NCBI GenBank assembly: GCA_016201795.1
Contig: JACQCF010000027.1
Location: 113,161 to 177,160, forward strand
Direction of reading: 5' to 3'
DNA length: 64,000 nucleotides
Source: Candidatus Omnitrophota bacterium
GTDB lineage: Bacteria > Omnitrophota > Gorgyraeia > Zapsychrales > Fredricksoniimonadaceae
In this document: piece by piece, positions 30,262 to 41,192 of the stretch
Layout of the letters: every line of letters starts with the position of its first letter
Position numbering within the stretch: the stretch's first letter is position 1
The notes under the pieces: model-generated
Database searches by the model: none
Told to the model about the DNA's origin: nothing
What the model saw: the letters and a program-made list of their open reading frames with translations, nothing else
Position numbers and translations under genes: made by a program

Positions 30262-31656
30262 GTGATGATTTCTTTTCGTCCTAAAGCAAAATACGACCAA
30301 GAATCCAGTGTTGTTTTATTGACCTCCCAGCAAAAAGACAAACGCCTTAAAAAAGAGCTCGAGAAGGGCGAGGTGTTTCCTGTTTTTGAAGGCCAGAGGC
30401 TTGTGCTTTTTGTCGGCTTAGGCAAAGCTGATCAATTAACGCTGACTGATTTGCGTATTCAAGTACGCAAAGCTTTATTGTCTTCGTATTTAAAGAAAAT
30501 CAAAAATGTGGAACTGATTCCTCACACCAAAGAGGAGGAAGCGGTTAAAGCCGTTATCGAGGGAGTTCTCATCGGCACCTATACCTGGGATAAGTATAAG
30601 AGCAAGGAGAAAGACGATAAAACGGTCAAAGATAAACATATTACGATTGCCGTGGATCCTAAAAAAGAGTATGAACAAACGGTAGTGATTTGCGAAGGTC
30701 TCCAATTAACCCGCGACTTGGTGAATGATAACGCGGATTTGATTACCAGCGAATATTTGGAAAAAATCGTCAGGGATTTAATTAAAGGACACAAAAATAT
30801 TTTTTTAGAAGTTCTCAATAAAAAAGAGCTGAAGGCCAAAGGGCTTTACTTGCATTTGGCGGTCAATCAAGGCAGCACCAAAGAGCCGAAGCTCATCATT
30901 GTTAAATACGCCAGTGGAAAAAAAGATGAAGGCTATACCGCTATCGTTGGCAAAGGTATGACTTTTGACACAGGGGGGATCAATTTAAAGTCGACCAATC
31001 ATATTGAGACGATGAAAATTGATATGAGCGGGGCAGGGGCCGTGTGCGGGATTTTAAAAAATGTTTTAAAGCTGAGGTTAAAAAAGAACCTGCTATTAGT
31101 TTTAAGTATTGCCGAAAACGCCATCGGCTCCAAGGCCTATAAACCTGGCGATGTGATTGTCGGTTATGCCGGCAAATCCGTTGAAATCGGTAATACGGAT
31201 GCCGAAGGCCGTCTGGTCTTAGCCGATGCGTTTAGTTATGTGTTCAAAAACTATAAACCTACCAAGATGATTGACATAGCCACCTTAACAGGCGCTTGTG
31301 TGATCGCTTTAGGGTTCGATTATTCAGGACTTTTCTCTAATAGTGATGAACTAGCTAAAGATCTTTTAGCTTCCGCTGATAAAACCGATGACCGCGCCTG
31401 GCGTCTGCCGATTTATCCGGAAATTAAGGAATACATCAAATCTCCCATCGCGGATTTGAAAAATATCAGTTCTATCCGCGGCGCCGGCGCCTGTACGGCC
31501 GCCGAGTTTTTACATCAGTTTGTGGATGGTACCACCTGGGCGCATTTGGACATCGCCGGCAGCGCCTATGCGGAGTCCCAAGGCCGCCTTTATTATGGTC
31601 ATGGCGCTACCGGTGCGGGGGTTCGTTTGCTGACAGATTATTTATTAAATAACTAG
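30262..31656 (+). CDS. pepA: Leucyl aminopeptidase (M17)
   Basis: 464 aa; NTDAEGRL signature, metal ligands (VGKGMTFDTGG). Confidence 0.85.
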   Translation: MMISFRPKAKYDQESSVVLLTSQQKDKRLKKELEKGEVFPVFEGQRLVLFVGLGKADQLTLTDLRIQVRKALLSSYLKKIKNVELIPHTKEEEAVKAVIEGVLIGTYTWDKYKSKEKDDKTVKDKHITIAVDPKKEYEQTVVICEGLQLTRDLVNDNADLITSEYLEKIVRDLIKGHKNIFLEVLNKKELKAKGLYLHLAVNQGSTKEPKLIIVKYASGKKDEGYTAIVGKGMTFDTGGINLKSTNHIETMKIDMSGAGAVCGILKNVLKLRLKKNLLLVLSIAENAIGSKAYKPGDVIVGYAGKSVEIGNTDAEGRLVLADAFSYVFKNYKPTKMIDIATLTGACVIALGFDYSGLFSNSDELAKDLLASADKTDDRAWRLPIYPEIKEYIKSPIADLKNISSIRGAGACTAAEFLHQFVDGTTWAHLDIAGSAYAESQGRLYYGHGATGAGVRLLTDYLLNN

Positions 31657-31677
31657 GACATCGGGAGATTAATATCC

Positions 31678-33069
<1,392 letters not shown>

Positions 33070-33105
33070 AAAGATTTGGGTTAGGTTAAGGATTAAAAAT
33101 TACTT

Positions 33106-33134
33106 TTGACGTTAAGAATCCCTAAAGTTAGAAT
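33106..33134 (+). promoter_or_regulatory. sigma70-like promoter (TTGACG-17-TAGAAT) for the PilZ-HEAT-Rieske-cyt b-cyt c operon
   Basis: -35 at 33106-33111, 17-nt spacer, -10 at 33129-33134. The predicted TSS is ~7 nt downstream, essentially at the PilZ ATG 33143, so the mRNA may be leaderless. Confidence 0.4.
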
Positions 33135-33142
33135 TGTTTCCT

Positions 33143-33511
33143 ATGAGTTTAAAAAAATATCAAGATTTTGAGGAACATCGTGACAGCGTACGTGCCAAGC
33201 GTATGATTACGGTGCGGCATCATCTGGTAAAGCATAAAGGACGTAACCTCGATAGTCCCTGGCAGGTATCTGTTACCGAGGATATGTCTTTAAGTGGGCT
33301 CTTGTTTGTCAGCGCGATTGCCTATCAGCCGGGGGATTGGTTGGAATTACAGGTAGTGATGTCCGGCGTTTTGGATATTTTTAAAGGTTACGGCGAGGTG
33401 GTGCGTTCAGTGCGCCGTAAAGGCGGCCATTATCAGGTGGCCGTTAAATATGTGGATTTAAAGCTTAAATCTCGCCCTGTCAAAAGTTTTCTAAAGCACT
33501 CTTCGAATTAA
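33143..33511 (+). CDS. PilZ domain protein (c-di-GMP binding motifs intact)
   Basis: RDSVR (RxxxR) and DMSLSG (DxSxxG) motifs; start moved to the ATG at 33143 because the track's TTG at 33134 would lie inside the predicted -10. Confidence 0.6.
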   Translation: MSLKKYQDFEEHRDSVRAKRMITVRHHLVKHKGRNLDSPWQVSVTEDMSLSGLLFVSAIAYQPGDWLELQVVMSGVLDIFKGYGEVVRSVRRKGGHYQVAVKYVDLKLKSRPVKSFLKHSSN

Positions 33512-33515
33512 CATC

Positions 33516-34388
33516 ATGCCTTACGATCCTTCCATTGACGATGCGAATCCCGATAAAAAAAGCGTCTTTGGGGTCATTGTGCATTCGTTTTTTGTGATCC
33601 CGTTTTTGCTGGCGATTTTTAGCGTTTTATTGCTGGTGTCGGTGCGTATTTTGACGATGGAAAAACGCGATGTGAATGATTATCTGGAAGATGTCAAAAC
33701 CGGCAGTTTAACCAAACGCTGGCAATCGGCTTTTGAACTCTCACGTATTCTTTCGAATCCTACTATGGTGCCGCATGATGAAAAATTTACCCGTCACATG
33801 ATGATGGCGTTTGAAAAATCCAAAAATGATGATGACCGTGTGCGTCAATACCTGGCTTTGGCCATGGGAAAAAGCGGCATCCAGGATTTTGTGGATGTTT
33901 TGATGAAAGCCGCACCAGAGGAAAAAGACGAAAACTTATATGCAATTATTACGAGCCTTGGTATACTAAAAAACAATAAGGCCATACCTGTTCTTTTAAA
34001 TGTTCTTAATAACGATAACGCACATTTGCGTTTGGTAGCTGTGATTGCATTGGGCAATATCGCTGATGGGCGAACCATTGCACCTTTAAAACACATGCTC
34101 AATGACCCACAGCCCAATGTCAGCTGGGATGCCGCGATTGCTTTAGCCAAAATGGGGAATAAATCAGGGAAAGCTATTATTTTGAATTTGCTTGACCGTC
34201 ATTATTTGGATCAAATTCCGCACCTCAATCCTCAAGAGCAAAGCCGTATCATGATGGTGGCGATTTCAACCACAGCAACCTGGCATGATGCTGATATTAA
34301 AAACATTTTAAAAGAACTTTTTGATAATGATAAAAATATGAACGTTCGTACTTTAGCGCGTCGCGTTTGGGAAGAATCTCATGGCTGA
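33516..34388 (+). CDS. HEAT / PBS-lyase-like repeat membrane-anchored protein
   Basis: 290 aa; N-terminal TM (VIVHSFFVIPFLLAIFSVLLLV) then repeated AL..LG...D.RA...L..AL helical pairs; 8-bp overlap with the Rieske gene. Confidence 0.55.
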   Translation: MPYDPSIDDANPDKKSVFGVIVHSFFVIPFLLAIFSVLLLVSVRILTMEKRDVNDYLEDVKTGSLTKRWQSAFELSRILSNPTMVPHDEKFTRHMMMAFEKSKNDDDRVRQYLALAMGKSGIQDFVDVLMKAAPEEKDENLYAIITSLGILKNNKAIPVLLNVLNNDNAHLRLVAVIALGNIADGRTIAPLKHMLNDPQPNVSWDAAIALAKMGNKSGKAIILNLLDRHYLDQIPHLNPQEQSRIMMVAISTTATWHDADIKNILKELFDNDKNMNVRTLARRVWEESHG

Positions 34389-34926
34389 TCAAAAACTTCC
34401 AGTCGCAGCGAATCAACCTCATTCTTCTAATAATGTATCCGGTGAAATGGACCGGCGATCCTTTATTAAATGGTCGCTCATCGGCTGGGGAGCTTTTGTA
34501 GCGGCCGTTGGCGGTTATGGTTCCATGGTCGTACGCTTTCTTTTTCCCAATGTGCTTTTTGAACCCGTACAGACATTTCGTGTGGGAACACCGGAAGAAT
34601 ATGAGGTGGGTGTTTCCGAGCAGTTTAAGGAAAGATATGGCGTTTGGATCGTACGTGACAGTGAAAAAATTTTTGCGCTTTCGACCGTCTGCACGCATCT
34701 GGGCTGCACACCTAATTATTTAACTGCCGAACAAAAATTTAAATGCCCCTGCCATGGCAGCGGCTTTTATATCAGCGGCATTAATTTTGAAGGTCCAGCA
34801 CCACGTCCTCTGGAGAGGTTTAAAATTTATCTCTCTGATGAAGGGGAAATCATCGTCGATAAAACTAAGAAATTTCAGCAGGAAAAAGGAGAGTGGTCAG
34901 ACTCTGATTCATTTATAACCGTATGA
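34381..34926 (+). CDS. Rieske [2Fe-2S] subunit of a cytochrome bc-type complex (Tat signal)
   Basis: Twin-arginine motif DRRSFIKW; Rieske boxes CTHLGC and CPCHGS. Confidence 0.8.
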   Translation: MADQKLPVAANQPHSSNNVSGEMDRRSFIKWSLIGWGAFVAAVGGYGSMVVRFLFPNVLFEPVQTFRVGTPEEYEVGVSEQFKERYGVWIVRDSEKIFALSTVCTHLGCTPNYLTAEQKFKCPCHGSGFYISGINFEGPAPRPLERFKIYLSDEGEIIVDKTKKFQQEKGEWSDSDSFITV

Positions 34927-35720
34927 GCATAGATCCTAACAAATTTTCTTTGTTTGAAAAATTCAAAAATACCCAATTTTACCGCTCCGTTTTTCGTACC
35001 GGCGTGCCGGTGGTCTCCCACCGTCAGCGTATGATGATCATGCTTAACAGTGTTTTTTTGCATTTGCACCCGGTGCGTTTGCCCAAACACGCGGTGAAAG
35101 TTCGTTACACCTGGTGCATGGGAGGCTTATCGTTTTTTATCTTTTTAGTGTTAACCGTTACGGGAATTCTTTTAATGTTTTATTATCGGCCGACCATTGA
35201 ATATGCCTATGGCGATGTCCTCGATTTAAGCCAGCAGGTACCTTTAGGGATTATGCGTGAAATCCACCGTTGGGGTGCGCATTTGATGGTCATTACCGTG
35301 TGGCTGCATATGTTCCGTGTTTTTATGACGGGCTCTTATAAACCGCCGCGAGAATTTAACTGGGTCATTGGTGTGTGCCTCCTGGTTACAACCATGCTTT
35401 TGAGTTTTACCGGTTACCTGCTGCCCTGGGATCAATTAGCTATTTGGGCGATTACCGTGGGTTCTAATATGGCTGGGGCTACACCGTTTTTAGGCATGAA
35501 CGGCCCGGGATCCTCTCTGTTAAGTATAGGGGATGTAAATTTTATCACTTCCGTTTCAGACGCGCGTTTTGCTCTGTTGGGCGGCCGTTTTGTAGGGGAA
35601 GCCGCTCTGCTTCGTTTTTACGTCTTACACTGCATAGGTTTACCGTTTATTATCATGATTTTTATGATTGTCCATTTCTGGCGTGTCAGAAAAGACGGAG
35701 GAATTTCCGGTCCTACTTAA
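34923..35720 (+). CDS. Cytochrome b, N-terminal (b6-like) half
   Basis: 265 aa, 4 TM helices with conserved haem-ligand His context ([20 protein letters not shown]). Confidence 0.8.
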   Translation: MSIDPNKFSLFEKFKNTQFYRSVFRTGVPVVSHRQRMMIMLNSVFLHLHPVRLPKHAVKVRYTWCMGGLSFFIFLVLTVTGILLMFYYRPTIEYAYGDVLDLSQQVPLGIMREIHRWGAHLMVITVWLHMFRVFMTGSYKPPREFNWVIGVCLLVTTMLLSFTGYLLPWDQLAIWAITVGSNMAGATPFLGMNGPGSSLLSIGDVNFITSVSDARFALLGGRFVGEAALLRFYVLHCIGLPFIIMIFMIVHFWRVRKDGGISGPT

Positions 35721-35721
35721 T

Positions 35722-36840
35722 ATGATGGACGCTATTAAACATTTCATCAATTTTATCGCGGCCCCCAAAATTCTTTTTAACGTGATTTTGCTGTCTTACC
35801 TGATCATTTTCCCACCGATTAAACCTTTTCAAATTATCCATAATACCCTGGGCGTGGACCGTCTGTGGACCAAAAAAGGGGGGATTTTTATTTTCAGTTT
35901 GATGTTTTTGGCGTTTGGTTTTGGTTTGACCGATCCCAATTTTCGTCTGATTGTTCTTAAACCCGATAATGTGCCGATTGTCGCCTTGTTATTTTTAGTG
36001 GTTTTCTTTTTATGGTTTGCTTTAACCCAGGCCAAAGCCAATGATGAAGCGATCGCCAAGGGTGGCAAACCCAAGGAATGGGCAGAGTCCCGTGAAAAAG
36101 TTTTAGTCTTTCCGGATTTAGTTTATATCGAATTTATCGCTTTAATTGTCGCCGCGGCTTTGCTGGCCGTATGGGCCATTGCCCTGCAGGCACCGCTGGA
36201 ACAGCCAGCCAATCCCACGGTTTCACCGAACCCTTCCAAAGCACCCTGGTATTTCCTGGGTTTACAAGAAATGCTGGTGTATTTTGATCCATGGATTGCG
36301 GGGGTAGTTTTTCCGACGGTGATTATTTTAGGGATGATGTGCATTCCTTATTTGGATAAGAACCGCAAAGGTTTGGGCTATTACACCTATCAAGACCGCA
36401 AAATGGCCATTAATATTTTTATGTTTTTCTGGCTGGTGTTGTGGGTGTTTTTGATTTCCATTGGTACCTTTTTACGCGGTCCCAACTGGAATTTTTTTGG
36501 TCCCTTTGAATACTGGGATCACGATAAATTGGAGGTACTCAATAACGTCAATCTTTCAGAATATGTCTATATGATCGGTTTAAAGCAAGGGCTGCCTTCT
36601 AATATTTGGCTGCGCGAGGCACCGGGTTTTGCGGTGTTGATTGTTTATTTTGGACTGTTGCCGGCGATTTTAGCCAAAACAGCCTTCAAAGACGTGTACC
36701 AGCGTCTAGGCGTTGTGCGTTACAGTATTTTTGTGGTGCTTTTGCTCATGGCTCTGGCATTACCGATTAAGATGTATTTGCGCTGGCTGTTTAACATCAA
36801 ATACATTGTCGCCATACCGGAATACTTTTTTAACATATAA
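35722..36840 (+). CDS. Cytochrome b C-terminal half / subunit-IV-like protein with extra N-terminal helices
   Basis: SKAPWYFLGLQEMLVYF (PEWY-like motif) and multiple TM helices; starts immediately after the stop of the N-terminal half (split b6/SUIV arrangement). Confidence 0.65.
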   Translation: MMDAIKHFINFIAAPKILFNVILLSYLIIFPPIKPFQIIHNTLGVDRLWTKKGGIFIFSLMFLAFGFGLTDPNFRLIVLKPDNVPIVALLFLVVFFLWFALTQAKANDEAIAKGGKPKEWAESREKVLVFPDLVYIEFIALIVAAALLAVWAIALQAPLEQPANPTVSPNPSKAPWYFLGLQEMLVYFDPWIAGVVFPTVIILGMMCIPYLDKNRKGLGYYTYQDRKMAINIFMFFWLVLWVFLISIGTFLRGPNWNFFGPFEYWDHDKLEVLNNVNLSEYVYMIGLKQGLPSNIWLREAPGFAVLIVYFGLLPAILAKTAFKDVYQRLGVVRYSIFVVLLLMALALPIKMYLRWLFNIKYIVAIPEYFFNI

Positions 36841-36843
36841 TTT

Positions 36844-39843
36844 ATGCCTGCTCAACTGCCCCCTGAATCACATTACGATCCAAAAAATTTAGGAAAAATC
36901 TTCGCTCTGGTGGCGGTGGTTTTGTTGCTGTCGATCATCGGCATTTTTGTCAAAGATTATTCCCGTCAGTGGAAAGATTATCAACGTCAGTTTCATGCGT
37001 TAGAGGTTGAAAAGACCAGAATAAAACTAGATGAGCAAGAGAATGATTTAGCCAAGAATAATGAGTATCAGAAACTTCTTAAAGACCTTGAAGAGGCTCA
37101 AAATAAATTACACGAGCAGGATTCAAAGATGAATCTGATCAATGGGCAAATCAAAGCCGTAGATACTGTTAAGAGAATCCACACCAAAGAAGCGCAATTT
37201 GCCAAGGCTCAGTATGGCGCTTTGAAGTATCGTTACGAGAAAGCGCTGCATGAATCCCAGATGGATGCCAGTCAGTTGAAAAATCGATTGGATGATTTGG
37301 TCTTAAAGATTGAAAAATTACGTCTGCTTCTTGAAGCTGACGATGCGGATATGAAAGCTAAAGAAAATATGATGGCGGCCCTTCAAAAAAATTTTAAAGA
37401 ATTGGATAAAAAACGGTCTGCTTTTACCAAAAAAACTGAAGTCATCAAACGCAAATTAAAGAAAACGGACTTAGCGCAAATGAGCGCGGCCAATCAGGCG
37501 GCGGATATGGTGCGGGATTTGCCGTTTATCGAATTGGCTAATCCCAATTATAAAATCCATCAAATTGTGCTCAAAGACATTCCCGAAGATATCAATTTCA
37601 TGAAGACCCAAAGGGTGGACCGCTGCACCACCTGCCATTTAGGTATTGATAATCCCGACTTTCAAAACGCGCCCCAGCCGTTTACTACCCATCCACATTT
37701 AGAACTTTTTATGGATAAAAATTCGCCGCATCCTCTGGAAGAGTTTGGTTGCACCACCTGCCATATGGGACGCGGGCGGGGTACTGATTTCATTTCTGCG
37801 GCCCATACGCCCCGCGATGCAGAGCAGAAAAAAGAGTGGGAGAACAAATACAGCTGGTATGAACTGCATCACTGGGATCAGCCCATGCTGGCAGGGCCTT
37901 TAACCGAGGCTGGATGCTTTAAATGCCATGAAAACCAGACAGTCATTAAGGGAGCTGAAAAGTTAAACTTAGGGCTTAATTTGATTGAACGCGCCGACTG
38001 TTATAATTGCCATACGATTACAAAATATCAAGATTGGCCAAAATCCGGACCCAATTTGGAATTTATAGCCTCTAAGTCCACCAGAGAATGGGCTTATCAT
38101 TGGATCGATGACCCCAAATCCATTCGTTTTAACACTTGGATGCCGTCCTTCTTTCATCAATCCAATAACAACGACGCTGAATCGACCAAACGGGGTCAGC
38201 AGGAAGTACATGCCATTGTTGAGTATCTGTTTGCTAATAGCAAACCGTTTAGAGTAGATGCCATTCAATCTACCAGCCCCAAGTTGGGGGATGAAAAAAT
38301 TGGTAAAGAGCTGGTGGCTTCTTTAGGATGTTTGGCCTGTCATCAAGTGGAAAATCAAAAGACTAAGACGCCCCGCACACGGGATTCTTTACACCGCGAG
38401 TTTGGGCCTAATTTAATCGGTTTGGGCAGCAAAACCACCAAAGAATGGCTGTATCAGTGGCTTAAAGATCCTAGCCAATATCATCCTGGTGGCCGCATGC
38501 CTAATATGCGCTTATCCGATAAGGAGACTGCCGATATCGCGGCTTATCTTATTCAAGATAAATCATCACTGGTTAATAAACCTATTCCACCGGTGGATAA
38601 TAAAGTTCTTAATGCTATTGTCATGGATTTCTTAAAGAAATCTTCAACACTGAACGAATCTCAAGATCAGGTTAAAAGTATGAACCAGGAAGACAAATTG
38701 GTTTTTGCCGGTAAACGTTTGATTAGAGAATACGGTTGTTATGGTTGCCATCAAATTCCCGGCTTTGAAAATGAGAAGCCTATTGGTACGGAGTTAAGCG
38801 AAGAAGGATCCAAAGACCTGGAACGCTTGGATTTTGGTTTTATTAATATTGAGCATAGCAAACAGGCCTGGTTTAAACAGAAGCTGATGAATCCGCGTAT
38901 TTTTGATAAACAGAAGGTCAAGCAGCCGTTGGATAAACTCAAAATGCCTAATTTTAATTTCACCAGCGATGAGGCTGATGCTATCACCACCGCTTTGATG
39001 GGCTTTGTCAAAGATCGTCCTGGTCATGCGAAGATGGCGGATCAGAGTATGAAAACCGCTTTTATTAATGAGGGCGCCAAAACCATCCGTCAGCTTAATT
39101 GCCAGGGCTGTCATATGATTGATGGCGAGGGTGAGGCCATTCAAAGTACCGTTACCGATTGGCTGGTGGCGTACCAGGCTAGAGACCTTAATGATGCCCA
39201 GGCCGTCACTAAAAGTTTTTCACCGCCCAATCTTGTCGGTGAAGGACAAAAGGTGCAGGCCCAGTGGCTGTTTGAATTCTTGCATGGGCCCACACCCATT
39301 CGTCCTTGGCTTCATGTGCGTATGCCCACCTATAGTTTTCATGCTTCACAAATCAATTCCATTATCAAATATTTTAATTATTTGGATGATCAGGAATTTC
39401 CCTTTACTGATATTTATCATCCTAATTTGGCCAAAGAAGACCTCGAAGCAGCGGAAAAATTATTCTCTAAAGATTATTTTGGCTGCGCCTCCTGCCATAT
39501 CGTAGGCCATCAAATGCCCGGCGGATCCGCCGACAGCTGGGCTCCGGATTTTGCCCTGGCGGCCAAACGTTTAAAACCAGAGTGGATTGTCAAATGGATT
39601 ACCAATCCGCAGGATTTGTTGGTCGGCACAAAAATGCCGACGTATTATGATCCCAATAACTTTAATGCCTCAGCCCCGAGTAATATTTTAGGAGGAGATG
39701 CCAAACGTCAAATTCAAATTTTGCGTGATTATTTATTGACGATTTCTGAACATCCACCGCAGGTTAAGCCTGCTCCAGTAAAAGTGGAAGATAAAACTAA
39801 CCAGGCACCAGAAGACCACACACAAACCAATCAGAGCAAGTAG
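36844..39843 (+). CDS. Membrane-anchored octahaem c-type cytochrome with long N-terminal coiled coil
   Basis: 999 aa; N-terminal TM, ~170-residue K/E/Q-rich heptad region, then eight CxxCH motifs: CTTCH, CTTCH, CFKCH, CYNCH, CLACH, CYGCH, CQGCH, CASCH. Confidence 0.75.
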   Translation: MPAQLPPESHYDPKNLGKIFALVAVVLLLSIIGIFVKDYSRQWKDYQRQFHALEVEKTRIKLDEQENDLAKNNEYQKLLKDLEEAQNKLHEQDSKMNLINGQIKAVDTVKRIHTKEAQFAKAQYGALKYRYEKALHESQMDASQLKNRLDDLVLKIEKLRLLLEADDADMKAKENMMAALQKNFKELDKKRSAFTKKTEVIKRKLKKTDLAQMSAANQAADMVRDLPFIELANPNYKIHQIVLKDIPEDINFMKTQRVDRCTTCHLGIDNPDFQNAPQPFTTHPHLELFMDKNSPHPLEEFGCTTCHMGRGRGTDFISAAHTPRDAEQKKEWENKYSWYELHHWDQPMLAGPLTEAGCFKCHENQTVIKGAEKLNLGLNLIERADCYNCHTITKYQDWPKSGPNLEFIASKSTREWAYHWIDDPKSIRFNTWMPSFFHQSNNNDAESTKRGQQEVHAIVEYLFANSKPFRVDAIQSTSPKLGDEKIGKELVASLGCLACHQVENQKTKTPRTRDSLHREFGPNLIGLGSKTTKEWLYQWLKDPSQYHPGGRMPNMRLSDKETADIAAYLIQDKSSLVNKPIPPVDNKVLNAIVMDFLKKSSTLNESQDQVKSMNQEDKLVFAGKRLIREYGCYGCHQIPGFENEKPIGTELSEEGSKDLERLDFGFINIEHSKQAWFKQKLMNPRIFDKQKVKQPLDKLKMPNFNFTSDEADAITTALMGFVKDRPGHAKMADQSMKTAFINEGAKTIRQLNCQGCHMIDGEGEAIQSTVTDWLVAYQARDLNDAQAVTKSFSPPNLVGEGQKVQAQWLFEFLHGPTPIRPWLHVRMPTYSFHASQINSIIKYFNYLDDQEFPFTDIYHPNLAKEDLEAAEKLFSKDYFGCASCHIVGHQMPGGSADSWAPDFALAAKRLKPEWIVKWITNPQDLLVGTKMPTYYDPNNFNASAPSNILGGDAKRQIQILRDYLLTISEHPPQVKPAPVKVEDKTNQAPEDHTQTNQSK

Positions 39844-39846
39844 AAC

Positions 39847-40620
39847 ATGCTCGTCAAATTATTATTTTTAAGCTTACTCATTTTTGGCGTTACTTACCCG
39901 TTGTGTTTTTGGATATCCTTCAAAGACCCTATTAAAAACCATTTCCTACGATTTCATTTAGGTTGTCCTGTTTTTTTAGTAGGCTTAGCGCTTATGGGAT
40001 TACAATTCTTTAACATTGACGGGCATTTGAAATTATGGTTATGGGTTTGGTTTATCTGTGCCTTGTTGTTGATGGCTTATTTTTGGAACAAAGAAACCGT
40101 GCATTTAGGCCTTGTGACGCTGCTTTGTTGGTGGGGCATTAAGCTCTATACTTTATTTTACAGCTCTTGGGTGGGCCCTTCATTCCAAGAGATTGCGGTG
40201 AGCATTTTAGCGGGGTTAATTTTGTCAGCGGTGTTTTATGCCATGAACCTGGGGCATTTTTATTTGAATGTTCATGGGCTTAAACTGTATCATTTGAAAA
40301 ATGCCGTGATGGTTTTTGGAACATTGGTGCTGCTTCGCCTGTTGTGGAACATTTATGGAATAATGGCTTTTAAGACCATGTACGGGGGAGAACAGGTCAC
40401 TTTAAGGTATTTTATGACCACCACAGAAGGGACTTTTTTAGGAGTGGCTTTATTTTTTGGTGTTTTATTTCCTTTTGGTTCTTTGTATTTTATTTTTGGC
40501 ACCTTAAAGCTTAAAAATACGCAGGCTACCACCGGTCTTTTGTATGTTATTTTAAGCGCGGTGTTATTGGGGGATTTGGCGTATAAATATTACCTTTTGA
40601 GACACTCCATACCTTTATAA
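39847..40620 (+). CDS. Polytopic integral membrane protein (hypothetical, operonic with bc complex)
   Basis: 257 aa, ~8 predicted hydrophobic helices, starts 4 nt after the cytochrome c stop. Confidence 0.4.
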   Translation: MLVKLLFLSLLIFGVTYPLCFWISFKDPIKNHFLRFHLGCPVFLVGLALMGLQFFNIDGHLKLWLWVWFICALLLMAYFWNKETVHLGLVTLLCWWGIKLYTLFYSSWVGPSFQEIAVSILAGLILSAVFYAMNLGHFYLNVHGLKLYHLKNAVMVFGTLVLLRLLWNIYGIMAFKTMYGGEQVTLRYFMTTTEGTFLGVALFFGVLFPFGSLYFIFGTLKLKNTQATTGLLYVILSAVLLGDLAYKYYLLRHSIPL

Positions 40621-40622
40621 TT

Positions 40623-41033
40623 ATGCCGACGATTTCCCGTTTTTGTCCACAATGTAAGAAATATGCCCGTCTAAACGTCTTAGATGATAAAGCTTTGATT
40701 TGCCCTCACTGTCAAAACCAGTGGGGAAAGATTACAAAGCTAGAGACTATTTTTGAGCGTTGTCCTATATGTACCTGCCGGCAATTTTATACCGATAAAG
40801 ATTTTAATCAGGTTTTAGGGTTTTTAGTTATGGCGGTGGGTGTCGTGCTAGTGCCGCTGACCTATGGGTTAAGCCTAGCGGTTTTTGCTTTGATTGATTG
40901 GCTCATTTACCGCAAAGTCGCTAAACTGGTGGCCTGTTACCGCTGCGGGGGCGAATTTCGGGGGTTTAATATTCCTTCCCAACTCAAAGGCTTCATGCAC
41001 CATATCGGATTAAAATACGATAAATACCGTTAA
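40623..41033 (+). CDS. Double zinc-ribbon membrane protein (hypothetical)
   Basis: 136 aa; CPQC..CPHC and CPIC..CYRC pairs flanking two TM helices. Confidence 0.4.
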   Translation: MPTISRFCPQCKKYARLNVLDDKALICPHCQNQWGKITKLETIFERCPICTCRQFYTDKDFNQVLGFLVMAVGVVLVPLTYGLSLAVFALIDWLIYRKVAKLVACYRCGGEFRGFNIPSQLKGFMHHIGLKYDKYR

Positions 41034-41057
41034 TTTGATGTTAAATCAAAATATTAC

Positions 41058-41085
41058 TTGACATTTGAAAACGTTCTGCTAATAT
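41058..41085 (+). promoter_or_regulatory. sigma70-like promoter (TTGACA-16-TAATAT) heading the T4SS-like cluster
   Basis: Consensus -35 at 41058-41063, -10 TAATAT at 41080-41085, within the only sizeable (150-bp) intergenic gap of the region. Confidence 0.35.
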
Positions 41086-41192
41086 CCTTTGTAGATTTAT
41101 CAATTAAAAAAATTCATTTGGGATTCCCCCCATCCCAACAGTAGTGGCAGCAAATACTTTACTCATTTCCCCTACCCTTAAGATTGTTTTCG

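Noticed and set aside
34923-36840. Possibility that the two cytochrome b ORFs are a frameshifted pseudogene
   Set aside because: The first ORF ends with a clean stop, and the second begins with its own ATG 2 nt later with no frame overlap. This matches the normal split b6 / subunit IV organisation.
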